From: Candidatus Eiseniibacteriota bacterium
GTDB lineage: Bacteria > Eisenbacteria > RBG-16-71-46 > CAIMUX01 > VGJL01
Assembly (NCBI GenBank): GCA_963792585.1
Contig: CAWBWI010000001.1
Coordinates: 800,001-864,000 of the forward strand
Length of the DNA stretch: 64,000 nucleotides
Reading direction: 5' to 3'
Part shown: in pieces, positions 52,265 to 64,000 of the stretch
Layout of the letters: the number at the start of each line of letters is the position of its first letter
How positions within the stretch are numbered: the first letter of the stretch is position 1
The notes under the pieces: model-generated
The model's input: the letters and a program-made list of their open reading frames with translations, nothing else
What the model was told of the DNA's origin: nothing
The model's database searches: none
Program-made: the position numbers and the translations under genes

Positions 52265-54526
52265 CCCTTCTCCGGCGTCGTCACGCCTCCCGGTATCTCC
52301 ACGTGCTTGCAGTCCTTCAAGGAGCACTCGAGGTGGAACCCCTTCGCCTTGGTTTCCTTCTCGACCATGAGCGGGAAGCCGCAGGCCGGGCATTTCTGCG
52401 CGACCGGCCGGTTCCAGAGCGCATAGTCGCACTTCGGATACTGGTCGCAGGCATAGAAGATCCGGCCCCTCTTTCGGCCGCGCTTCTCGACGAGGTGCCC
52501 AGGACAGCCCTCGCGCGGGCAGGCGACGCCCGTCCGCAGCGAGGAGGTCGTCTTGCAGGTCGGGTAGTTCTGGCAGGCGACGAAGCGGCCGAAACGGCCG
52601 GTCCGCTGCACCATCGGCGATCCGCAATTCGGGCAGATGTCACCGGTCGGCACCGGCTGCTCTTCCTCCTTGAGGGGTTTCGTGAACTTGCACTCGGGAT
52701 ATCTCGGGCAAGCAAGAAACGGCCCGTTGCGACCGAACTTCTTCACGAGCTTCGAGCCGCAGAGGTCGCAGACCTGGTCGCTTTCGACCTGGATGCCCGT
52801 CTTCAGCTCCCCCTTGCGCCCCTCCGCATCGGTGAGGTCCTTTCGGAACGGATCGTAGAACGCGCGCACCACATCCACCCAGAGGTCCTCGCCCGTTTCG
52901 ATCTTGTCGAGTTCCGCCTCCATCCGCGCCGTGAAGTCGACATCGAAGATGTCCGGGAACACGCTCAGGAGCAGCCGCGTTACCGTTCTCCCGAGATCGG
53001 TCGGGTGCAGTCGACCCTTGTCTCGCTGGACGTAGTCGCGCGTGAGAATGGTGCTGACGATCGTCGCGTAGGTCGAAGGACGCCCGATCCCCCGCTCTTC
53101 GAGCGCCTTCACGAGGGTCGCCTCGGTGAAGCGAGGAGGCGGCTGCGTGAAGTGCTGTTCCTTCTCGGTGTGGCGGTAGTCGAGCGCCTCGCCCTTGGCG
53201 ACCTCAGGCAACCGGCCCCCCTCTTCGTCTGGGCCCAACTGGCTCGCGTCCTCGTCCGGGCGTTCCTCGTAGAGGCGCGTGAACCCGTCGAAGAGGAGTC
53301 GACTGCCGGTCGCCCGGAGTTGGAAACGGCCGGCCTCGACCTCGACCGTCGTGACCTCGCTGACGGCGGGCGCCATCTGCGAGGCGACGAATCGATTCCA
53401 GATCAGGGTGTAGAGCTTCGCCTGGTCGTTCGTCAGGAACCGACGTACCTCGTCGGGCCGCCGGGAAACGCCGGTCGGCCGGATCGCCTCGTGCGCGTCC
53501 TGGGCCCGCGCCCGCGACGGGTAGATCGGCGGGGCGTCCGGAACATATTGCGGACCGTAGGTCTTCGTGACCCACGCGCGCGCTTCGGCCTGCGCCTCAC
53601 CGCTCACGCGCGTCGAGTCGGTACGCATGTACGTGATCAGACCGACGACCCCTTCGTCGCCGACCTCGAGTCCTTCGTAGAGCTCCTGCGCGATCCCCAT
53701 CGTCTTCTTCGCCGGATAGTGGAGCCGGCGGTAGGCCTCCTGCTGGAGCGTCGAGGTGATGAACGGCGCGGACGGATTCCGCCGGCGCGGTTGGGTCTTG
53801 ACGTCCGTGACCCGAAAGGGCAGGCGCGACAGCTCGCCGACAACGGCGTCGACCTCCGCCTCGCTCGCCAGCACGGGCTTCTCCCCGTCGACGCGCACCA
53901 GGCGGACGCGTAGGGCCTCCGCGCGCGGCGTGCCGAGCAGGACGTCAAGCGTCCAGTACTCCTGCGTGGTGAACGCCTCGACCTCGTCCTCGCGATCGCA
54001 GATCATCCGCAGGGCCACAGACTGCACCCTTCCGGCCGACAGGCCGTAGCGGATCGTCGTCCAGAGGAAGGGAGAGACCAGGTAGCCGACGAGCCGATCG
54101 AGAACGCGGCGGGCCTGCTGCGCGTCGACCAAGTTGTGATCGATCTGCCGAGGGTGCTCCAGCGCCGTCTGGATGGCGTGCTTGGTGATCTCGTGGAACT
54201 CGAGCCGCTCGATGCTGACCTTGTCGCCTCCCAGGTAGTCGGCCAGGTGCCATGCGATCGCCTCCCCCTCGCGGTCGGGGTCCGGCGCGAGCAGCAGCTC
54301 GCTTGGCGCCCTTCGCGGCGTCCTTCAATTCCTTCAGGACCTTGGTCTTCGAACGCAGGGTGACGTACTGCGGGGCGAAGTCCCGCTCGAGGTCGACACC
54401 CAGCTTCGTCTTCGGGAGGTCACGGATGTGACCCATCGAGGCGACGACCTTGTAGTTCTTGCCCACGAACTTGGAAATCGTCCGGGCTTTCGCCGGCGAC
54501 TCCACGATGATGACCGATCGGGACAT
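52261..54526 (-). CDS. topA: DNA topoisomerase I with C-terminal Zn ribbons (5' frameshifts)
   Basis: IVESPAKA, GHIRDL, SAGRVQS, ITYMRTDS, QDAHEAIRP, GIGRPSTY. Confidence 0.95.
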
Positions 54527-54533
54527 CGTTACC

Positions 54534-57500
54534 TCACTCGTCCTGTCCGCAACACTTCTTGTACTTCTTGCCGCTGCCGCACGGACAGGGATCGTTGCGG
54601 CCGACCTTCGGCTCCGTTCGCACGACCTGCCGCACCCTCCCGGCCCCCGGATCGGGAGCCCCTTCCGGCCCCGGCGCGCCGCTGTACGCAGAGACGCTCG
54701 CCTTCTGCTCGACCCGAGCCGAGGAAGCCGGCCGCCGCTGGGGAACGCCCCCGGCAAGGACCGGCGTCGCCGGTTCCAGCCGCCGCGCGGCCTCCGCAGA
54801 AGCGACCGTCTCCACGGGACGCGCGGGGACCACGCGGAAGAGCCGCTTGACCGTGTCCGCCTCCACGGCGGTCATGATCTCCTCGAACATCCGGAACGCC
54901 TCGCCCTTGTATTCGAGCAGCGGGATCCTTCTGGGCATAGGCGCGGAGGTAGATCCCCTCCTTGAGGATGTCGATCTCGTGGAGATGGTCGCGCCAACGT
55001 TCGTCGATCACGCCGAGCAAGACCCACCGCTCCACGTCCGGCATCCGATCCCCGAACATAGACACGCCGGTTCTCGTAGGCGTTTCGAACCGCGTCCAGG
55101 GAGGCGGCCTGTATGTCGTCGACCGTCGGATGGCCTTTCGTATCGGCGGCCGGGACCGGCTCGAGGACGAGCGATTCCAGATCGTGCTTGAGGCCTGTCG
55201 AGATCCCAGGCTTCCGCCCGACTCCCCTCGGCCACGTGGACCCCCACCCGCGAGGCCACCTGGTTCTCCACCATCTCCGCGATGCGGTCGCTGATGTCGG
55301 CCCCGTCGAGCACGTTGTTGCGCAGGCCGTAGATCACCTCGCGCTGCTTGTTCATCACGTCGTCGTACTCGAGCAGCCGCTTGCGGATGCCGAAGTTCTG
55401 GGCCTCGACCCGCTTCTGCGCCCGTTCGATCGACTTGGTGACCAGGGCGTGGGTGATGACCTCGCCCTCCTGAACGCCCATGCGCTCCATGATCCCCGAG
55501 ATCCGCTCGGAGCCGAAGAGCCGCATCAGATCGTCTTCGAGCGAGAGGAAGAACCGGCTCGAGCCGGGATCCCCCTGGCGGCCCGCGCGCCCGCGCAGCT
55601 GCCGGTCGATGCGCCGGGCCTCGTGACGCTCCGTGCCGATGATGTGGAGCCCGCACGGCACGGCGGCCGCGCACCCCTTCGGATCGTAATGCTCGCAGTC
55701 CCCTGTGCTGGCGTCGATGAGGGCGCACTTGCGGCCCTTCACGACTCCCTGACCGAGCTTGATGTCGGTTCCGCGGCCGGCCATGTTGGTCGCGATCGTG
55801 ACGGCGCCGGGCTGTCCCGCCTTCGCGACGATCTCGGCTTCCTGCTGGTGGTACTTCGCGTTCAGCACATGGTGCGGGATCCCCTTGCGCTTGAGCATGC
55901 GGGATAGGGTCTCGCTGACCTCGACCGACACGGTGCCCACCAGGACCGGGCGCCGCATGATGTGCATCTGCTCGATTTCGTCGATGATGGCGTTGTACTT
56001 CTCCCGGCGGGTCTTGTAGATCAGATCGTCGTAGTCCATTCGACGAACCGCTTCGTTCGTCGGGATCACGACGACGTCGAGCTTGTAGATCTCGAAGAAC
56101 TCCCCCGCCTCGGTTTCGGCGGTTCCGGTCATGCCGGCGAGCTTCTCGTAGAGGCGGAAGTAGTTCTGGAGCGTGATCGTCGCGAGGGTCTGGTTCTCCC
56201 CCTCGATCTTCACCCTCTCCTTCGCCTCGATCGCCTGGTGCAGGCCGTCGGAGTAGCGGCGGCCCGGCATGAGGCGCCCCGTGAACTCGTCGACGATCAG
56301 GACCTTTCCGTCCTGAACGACGTACTCGACGTCCTTCTCGAAGAGCGTGTAGGCGCGCAGGAGCTGGGTGCACGTTCGCGAGGGCCTCGTTCTTGCGCGC
56401 GTACTCCGTATACAGCTTCTCCTTCGCCTCCGCCCGCTGCGTCGGCGTCTGACTCTCGTCGCGATCGATCTGCGCCGATCCCTTCCGAGAGATCCGGCAG
56501 GACGAACATGTCCGGTTCCCCCGGAGGCGCGAGCACCTCGCGTCCTCTCTCGGACGGCGAGATCGTGTGTCCGCGCTCGTCGATGTAGAAGAGCAGGTCC
56601 TCGTCGAGTTCGTGCAGACGCTTGTCGCGCATGTAGTCGGTCTCGACCTGGTGGATCAGCTTCTTCAGATCCCCTTCGGCGGTGAGCTTCAGGAACCGCT
56701 TGTTCTTCGGGGAGCCGCGCTGGACTTGCAGCAGGCGGATGCCGGCGCGATAGCGGGAGTCGCCGTCATCCTTCGCCGAGCAGTTCCTGCGCCTCCTCGA
56801 GCAGGCGCGTTGACGACGACGTTCTGCTCCCGAACCAGGTTGTCGACGTACGGCTTCAGCCGGTCGAACTGCTGGTTCGACCCGACGACCGGTCCGGAGA
56901 TGATGAGCGGGGTTCGCGCCTCGTCGATCAGGACCGAGTCGACCTCGTCGACGATCGCGATAGTTGTGCGGGCGCTGGACGCGATCCTCCGCGCGGACGA
57001 CCATGTTGTCGCGCAGGTAGTCGAACCCGAACTCGTTGTTCGTGCCGTAGGTGATGTCGCACATGTAGGCGGCGCGGCGGTCGAGGTTGTCCATGTCGTG
57101 GACGATCACGCCCGATCGTAAGTCCCAGATCCCGGAGGATCTGGCCCACCCACTCGCAGTCGCGCCGCGCGAGGTAGTCGTTGACCGTGACGAGGTGGAC
57201 GCCCTTGCCCGAAAGCGCGTTCAGGTAGATCGGAAAGAGGGCGACGAGGGTCTTGCCCTCTCCGGTCGCCATCTCCGCGATCCTGCCCTGGTGGAGCACG
57301 ATCGCCGCCGATGAGCTGGACGTCGTACGGGACCATCTCCCAGCGCGTTTCCTGCCCGACCACCGGCCAGCTGCGTCCCGACGTGCCGGCGACAGGCCTC
57401 CTTCACGACGGCGAAGGCCTCGGGAAGGATCTCATCGAGCGTCGTCCCGGCCGCGACCCTCGCCTGGAATTCGTCGGTCTTGGCGCGTAGCTCATCCTCG

Positions 57501-57637
57501 CTCAGGGACGCGAGGCCGGCGTAGCACTCGTTGATCTGGCGCACGATCGGCCAGATCGACTTCAGGTCCCGCTCAGATTTCGTGCCGAATACGCGGGTCA
57601 TCGCCTTCGACCCGCTCTTTATCATGGACGACCACAT
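54534..57637 (-). CDS. secA: preprotein translocase ATPase SecA (multiple frameshifts)
   Basis: [53 protein letters not shown]-terminal [13 protein letters not shown]. Confidence 0.95.
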
Positions 57638-57690
57638 CGTCGACTCGATTCCTCCCACCCGGCCGGCCCGGCCGGATTCCGAAGCTTACC

Positions 57691-58268
57691 CTATTGGAGC
57701 AGTGTCATCGCGAAGCCGGCGCTCAGTGAGATCCTCATGTTGTCATCCAGGGGGATCGGGAACGAGCTCGAAGAGCGTCGCCGCAAGGGCTCCTCCCAGC
57801 ATCATACGCCATGTGAACGGGTCACCCGGATAAGCCCAGGCCACCAAAAGACATGCAGACGAAACAGGCGAGGCTTCCCTCGAGGGACTTGCCGAAGATA
57901 CGGACCTTACCCAACGGCCCGTCCGACGATGGCCGCCGCCGCGTCGCCGAGGATGAGGAAGGCCATCGAGGCGATCGCGATCGGGCGGTCGAAGGCGTAG
58001 GAGCAGATGAGGGCCGCGAGCAGGATGTAGGTCGAACCGAGCAGGTTGAAGCGCTCGTGGTCCCGGACGAGTTTCCCGAAGAGGTAGAAGAAGAAGGTCC
58101 GTACGCGCGGCTCGTGGAGGCGGATGACGTCGACCGCGAGCGCCAGGATCGTCAGGATCAGCAGCACCAAGCGGCCGACCGGACTGCGGGCATCAGGTAG
58201 TAGCCTACGGGCACCACGAGCCCGAAGAAGTGGAACGCCTTTCGGCGGACCTCGCTCAGAAGCTTCAT
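57691..58268 (-). CDS. CTP-dependent polyprenol/diacylglycerol kinase family (SEC59/DGK1/VTE5-like) membrane protein, frameshifted
   Basis: RKAFH, LGDAAAAIVG, GKSLEGS, LDDN motifs recovered by reading across frames. Confidence 0.8.
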
Positions 58269-58269
58269 G

Positions 58270-60537
58270 TCACCTCCCTCCGCCGGACTCCGCTCCCGCC
58301 GCGCGGTAGATCCAGCATGCGTCGAGGACGGCGCGCACATAGTCCCGCGTCTCGCGCCAGCCGATCCGCTCGATGAACAGATCCAGGTCCTGAAGCTCGC
58401 GACCCACTCGGTCGTCTTGGGGGAGCCGGCATTGTATGCGGCGAGCAGCGCGGGAAGATGCCAGTCGGAGCGTTCTCGCAAGTCCCGGAGGTGCCTCGTG
58501 CCGAGCGCGAGGTTTCGGTCCGCCCTCTCGAGGGGACCGACCGCGATTCCCCAGCGATCCGCCGTCTCTCCGGCAGTGGCGTCCATCAACTGGAGGAGAC
58601 CGCGGGCCCCCGCGCCCGAGACAGCGCCCGGGTCGAAGAGCGATTCGCGCCGCGCGATCGCCCAGACGAGTTCCGGCGCGATCCTGGCCTTGCGCGCTTC
58701 CTTGCAAACCAGGGGCGCGAATGGACGCGGATACCGCAGCCCGAGGGGCGATCCGCCTCCGGCGACCGCCAGCCGCACACCCAGATCGGGCAGACCCACG
58801 CAGAAGAAACGGTCTCGGCGATCCGCCAGGCCGATCTCCCCTTCCAGCAGACCTTTCTCTCGGGCGGCCCAATCGACGCGACCGAAACGGCGGAGCATCG
58901 CGATGCGTCCGGCGCGTACCCGCGATCCGATCCCCTCGGGGCAGGAGATGCGCCCCGCAGAGGCCCCGACCATGGTGTCCCCGGAGGAGAAGAGCCAGTC
59001 GCGTGTGGTTTCCCAGAAGCTCCCGCTCCGTCGGGCTCCCGCGCGCCAGGCGATCTCCGCCCGGGCCCGCCGCGCATAGTAGCCGTCCCCCTCCGCGGCC
59101 CGACCGAGGGCCAGACGCGCCTGCGCGCTGTCAGCCGCCCCGTCGGCGATGCGGAAGAGCCAGAAGGCCGCTGCCGCTCTCCACTCACCCGCGTTCAACT
59201 GCGCGAAATCGGCGCGGGCGCCGTCGGGCTTCCCGCAGCAAACCGCGCCAGGCCCCTGCGATACCGGGCCTCGTCCGCCGCCGCCGGGAAGCTCCAGCAA
59301 CTCCGTGTAGAGCGATTCGGCGAGAGCCTCTCGAGACGCCGTCTCGGCTTCCCGGGCCCACTCGGTCAAGGCCGTACGCCTCGTTGCGCCGCCCAGGGCG
59401 GCCGCCGCGCGGTAGCGCGCGTCCATGGCGCCCCACCGATTCGCGTTGCGGGCCGCCCGGGCCTGCACGAGCCGGTACCGCGCCGTCAGATCCGCCGACC
59501 AGCGGGACGATTCCGCGAGCGAGTCGGAGAGCACGTCGGAGGGCTTGCGGGCGGCGAGGAGTCCTTCCCAGAGAGACCGACGCGGAGGCTGTCGACCCCG
59601 GCCATCCGATCGAGAAGGCTGTCGGCCTGCCGGAACAGCCCGTTCCTCGCAAAGACGCCGAAGAGGATCCGTCCCTCGCGTTGCGGCCTCGAGATCGGGG
59701 TCCGCGCGGAAGCGCCGGAGCGACTCGATCCGCGCCGTGCGCGTTCCCGGGTAGAGCCGCAGCAACGTGTCCCCCGTCGTGCGGGCTTCCTCGGCGCGGC
59801 CGAGGACCGAGAGCGCTCGAAATCGCGCTGCCGTCTCATCCGCGCCCGGACCGAGGTCTTTGCGCATGCGCGCGGCCTCGCGCAACACCGCCTCCGGCCG
59901 CCCCGCCTTCTCGTGCGCGAGCAGCACGCGGCGCGCGGCGGGAAGGGTCCAGTCCGCGCCGGGATTGCGAACGGCAGACCGCCTCCGCCTTCACGGCGGC
60001 CCTGGCCGAGTCCCCCGCGAGATCGAGCGACTCGATCTCGAGCAGCGCGCGATAGGGGCGATCGAAGCGCCCCGTTCGCCCTTGGTCGAGCCAGGTGAGG
60101 GCGCGCGCAGGGTCCCCCGCCTCTCGAAGCGCAAGCGCGGCCGCCAAGGGCAGACACGCGGAACGTGTCCGCCCGCGCCCACGAGGCAGGATTCGTACGC
60201 GAGGCGATCGCCGTCACCTCGCTCGAATCGCCGTAGGCGAGCAGATCGACGAGCCATGCGACGAGTTCGCGGCGCGGGCCTCCTCGGCGGATCCGGGAGA
60301 TGCTCACCGGCCAGGAAACCGCGGAGCGCGGCGCGGATCGAATCGTCTCGCCGCGCGCCCCCGCTGGAATCGTCTCGGGAATCGCACCGGGTGGAATCGG
60401 CCCGACGGTCGGCCTCGGCCATCCCGCCGCCCGCGGCGCTCCCCCACAAAAGGAAGAATCGCGAGCAGGCATCCAACCGCGTCGCGAATCCTCGCCCCCC
60501 GACCCCGTGGCCCGGGAGCCTGGACGGCGCTTCTCAT
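58270..60537 (-). CDS. Slt70-like lytic transglycosylase with helical repeats (frameshifted)
   Basis: [30 protein letters not shown]; long Ala/Arg-rich N-terminal region. Confidence 0.82.
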
Positions 60538-62058
60538 TCCCACTCGATCGTCGCCGGGGGCTTGCTCGTCATGTCGTAGGCGACGCGGTTCGACGCCACG
60601 AACCTCGTTGACGATCCGGTTGGCCGCCCGCTCGAGGACCTCGGCGGGAAGGCGGGCCCAGTCCGCCGTCATCCCGTCGACCGATGTCACCGCGCGCAGG
60701 ACCATCGTCATCGCGTAGGTTCGCTCATCCCCCATGACGCCGACCGAACGCACGGGGAGCAGCACAGTGAACGCTTGCCACACCTGATCGTATTGTTCGC
60801 TCGCGCGCAGCTCATCGATGAAGATCCGATCGGACGCCCGCACGATTGCGAGGCGCTCCTCGGTGACCTCGCCGAGGATCCGCACGGCGAGTCCGGGGCC
60901 GGGGAATGGATGGCGCATCAGCATCTCATCGGGCGCGGCGAGCCTGCGGCCGACCTCGCGCACTTCGTCCTTGAACAGCTCCCGCAACGGCTCGACGAGT
61001 TGCAAGCGCATGCGCTCGGGAAGCCCGCCCACGTTGTGGTGGCTCTTGATTCGCGCGGCAGGGCCGCCGCCGCCCCGGGACTCGATCACGTCGGGATACA
61101 GGGTGCCCTGCACCAGGAAATCGACCTTGCCGACCCGCTGCGCGGCCTCCTCGAAGACCTCGATGAATAGACGCCCGATGCGCAGCCGCTTCTCTTCCGG
61201 GTCCACCACGCCTGCCAGCTCGGTGAGGAACCGCGCGCCCGGCGTCGATGCAGACCGGTTGGAGACCGATCCCCTCGAGGCGCTCGCGCACCCACGCCGC
61301 CTCCCCTTCGCGCAGCAAGCCGGTGTCGACGAAGATGGAGTGGAGCCGTTCCCCGAGGGCCCGGTGGCACAGAATGGCGGCCACGGTCGAATCGACGCCG
61401 CCGCTGACGCCGCAGACAGCGGAGCCCTCGCCCACCTTCGCGCGGATCGCCGTCACGCTTCGCTCGACGAAATCCCCCATGTCCCACCCCTTCTTCGTCC
61501 CGGCGATCTCGAAGAGGAAGTTGGACAGGATCCGGGTCCCCTGCGGGGTGTGGCTCACCTCGGGGTGAAACTGCACGAGGTAGATCTTCCGCGCAGGATC
61601 GGCGGCAGCGACGTGCGGGCAGCTCTCGGTACGCGCGAGCGGTCGCGAAACCCGGGAGGGGGCGCCTCGACCAGGTCGCCGTGGCTCATCCACACATCGA
61701 CGGGCTCTTCGAGGCCCGCGAGGAGCGGGCTTGCTTCGAGCCGGACCATCCGCTGACGCCCGTACTCGCCCGCGTCGCCCCGCACGACCCGTCCGCCCAT
61801 CATGTGGCTGACCACCTGCATCCCATAGCAGATGCCGAGCACGGGAAGCCCCGACTCCAGCAGCTCCGGCCGCGGCAGGTAGCGGCCATCCAGGGCCGAT
61901 GACGGGCCGCCGGAGAGGACGAGCGCCTCCACCCCCCGCCCGCGGAGGGTCTCCAGCTCGACGTCGAAGGGAAAGAGCTCGGCATAGACGCCGAGCTGGC
62001 GCACGCGCCGGGCGATCAGCAGGTTGTACTGACTGCCGAAGTCGAGGATCCCGATCAC
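60534..62058 (-). CDS. guaA: GMP synthase (glutamine-hydrolysing), frameshifted
   Basis: [49 protein letters not shown]. Confidence 0.95.
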
Positions 62059-62076
62059 CCGTGCAGACTCCTTCGG

Positions 62077-63656
62077 CTATCCGTGACGGAAGCAGCGAGC
62101 GTGATTGACGACCATGGCGATGCCCGCGGCGTCGGCCGCGGCAACGGAGTCGGCGTCTCGCTTGGAACCGCCGGGCTGGATGATCGCGGTCACTCCGACC
62201 TTCGCCGCGACCTCGACGCAGTCCGAGAACGGGAAGAAAGCGTCGGAGGCCATCACGCTGCCCGCCAGATCGTGCCCGGCCCGCTGCGCCTTGTGGATCG
62301 CGACCCAGAGCGCGTCGATCCGGCTCGTTTGTCCCCCGCCGATTCCCACCGTCTGCCGCTCGCGCGCAAGGACGATGCCGTTGGAGCGGACCGCCCGCAC
62401 GATCTTCCACGCAAAGAGCCAGCGCCCGCTCTTCGGCAGGAGTCGGCGCCCGTTCGGCTCACCACCTCCCACCCGATTCGCCGAGCGCGTCAGGCACCGG
62501 ATCCTGGACCAGGATCCCTTCGCCCAAGTCCTCGGTAGAGGTCGGCAGCGGCAAACGGGGTCTTTCCTTCGGAGCGAGCAGGGCTCGGCCCTTCCAGGAG
62601 GATCAGGTTCTTCTTCGCCGCAAGAACCTCCCGCGCCGGCGCATCGAATACCGGGGCCACGACCAGCTCGAGGAAGGTGGATGCGATCTCGAATGCGGTC
62701 TCGGGGCGGTCGACGGGCCGTTCAGACCGACGATGCCGCCGAATGCGCTGAGTGCGTCGCCGTCGCGTGCGCATCGGTACGCGTCGACGATCGTGCTTCC
62801 GGTCGGCCGCGCCGCATGGGGTCGCATGCTTGATGACGACGGCGGCCGGGTCGCCTCCGAGATCGCGGACGAGCATGGCGGCGCCCTCGAGGTCCTGCAG
62901 ATTGTTGAACGAGATCTCCTTGCCCTGGAGTCTCGTCAACCCGCCCGGGAAGCCGTACGCCGATGAATAGAATGCCCCCCGTTGCGAAGGATTCTCGCCG
63001 TAGCGCAGGCTCCAGAGGAGCGATTCGCCGCGGACGAAGCGCGTCGGGCAGTTCCGTCGCCGGCGCCGCCTGGAGGTAAGAGGCAATCATCGCGTCGTAG
63101 CGGGCGGTCCGACGAAAGACCTTCGCCGCCATCTCGCGCAGGAGATCCTCTTCCAGGCGACCCTGATTCGCCTCGAGTTGCTTCGGCCACCCGGACATAG
63201 TCCGCCGGATCGCAGATGACCGCGAACCCAGCGGTGGTTCTTCGCGGCGGCCCGCAGCATCGTGGGACCGCCGACATCGATCATCTCGATCGCGGCCTCC
63301 CGCGCGGATCGATCCTTCCGACACCTGTTCTTCGAATGGATACAGGTGCACCGCGACCAGGTCGATCGGCTCGATGCCGAAAGACTCCCGCTCCGCCTGA
63401 TCCTGCGGATCGTCCGCGACGGAAGAGAATCCCTCCGTGGACCTTGGGATGCAGCGTCTTCACCCTCCCGCCGAACAGGGAGGGGAGTTCGGCCCATTCC
63501 TCGAGAGGGACGACCGGGAAGCCGCGGTCGGCGAGCCAGCGTTGCGTTCCCCCGCTGCTCAGGATCTCCGCGCCGCAACCGATCAGGGCAGCGGCGAGCC
63601 GATCGAGCCCCTGCTTCTCGTAAGCGGAAAGCAGAGCACGACGGATCCGTGATCAA
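62077..63656 (-). CDS. purH: bifunctional AICAR formyltransferase / IMP cyclohydrolase (frameshifted)
   Basis: [55 protein letters not shown]. Confidence 0.93.
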
Positions 63657-64000
63657 GATGACTCCTGACTCTCCGCCCAACTCCGGAGGGCGGGATACCC
63701 ACTCCCAGACGATCGTGAACGAGTCGGTAGCGCCGGAACGTCTCGGCGATCTGCTCCTGCGGCAGGGGCGGCGCCGGCGGATTCCGGTCCCAGTCGAGGT
63801 TCTTCAGGTAGGCTCGGATGTACTCCTTGTCGAGGGACACCGGCGGCGCCGATCCGTAGCGTCTCGCCATCCCAGTAGCGCGAGGAATCCGGGGTGAGCG
63901 CCTCATCGATGAGCGCGAGCTTGCCGTCGATCCAGCCGAACTCGAACTTCGTGTCGACGAGGATCAATCCCCGCTTGCGCGGCGAAGGCCTCCGCAATGC
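63653..64000 (-). CDS. purC: SAICAR synthetase, 3' part (partial, frameshifted; stop position uncertain)
   Basis: [28 protein letters not shown]. Confidence 0.9.
   Translation of the reverse strand, partial: ALRRPSPRKRGLILVDTKFEFGWIDGKLALIDEALTPDSSRYWDGETLRIGAAGVPRQGVHPSLPEEPRLGPESAGAAPAAGADRRDVPALPTRSRSSGSGYPALRSWAESQESS

Overview
This is a high-GC bacterial core-genome window from a diderm. The lpxC-fabZ fusion, mcsA-mcsB-clpC and overall gene order suggest an FCB-related lineage such as Ca. Eisenbacteria (inference only). It holds about 56 CDS, 54 of them on the minus strand and mostly with overlapping stop/start codons, plus one tRNA-Gly(CCC). Content in coordinate order: merR-gpsA-plsY-der-DUF512 radical SAM; miaA-mutL; nadB; an outer-membrane/lipid A cluster (transcribed bamA, skp, lpxD, lpxC-fabZ, lpxA, gnnA-like, lpxB, lpxJ-like, waaA, lpxK); clpC-mcsB-mcsA; lolD-lolC/E; purF, purS-like, purQ, purL, purB; htrA, tal, truA, asd, rlmI, lnt, rpsT; dapB-dapA-dapF; argF-hslU-hslV-xerC-topA-secA; a polyprenol-kinase-like gene, slt, guaA, purH and partial purC. 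Conserved genes in about 23.3-33.6 kb and 51.3-64 kb carry many single-base frameshifts, best read as sequencing/consensus errors. I found no mobile element, prophage, CRISPR array or defence system, and no clear-cut new multi-gene system. The best leads are a switch-like terminator in the nadB leader, a tandem double-PurS protein, a 4-Cys insert in SecA, a probable diamino-lipid A pathway with missing steps, and an orphan lipoprotein with a sigma28-like promoter. All calls come from motif recognition by eye; no searches were run.
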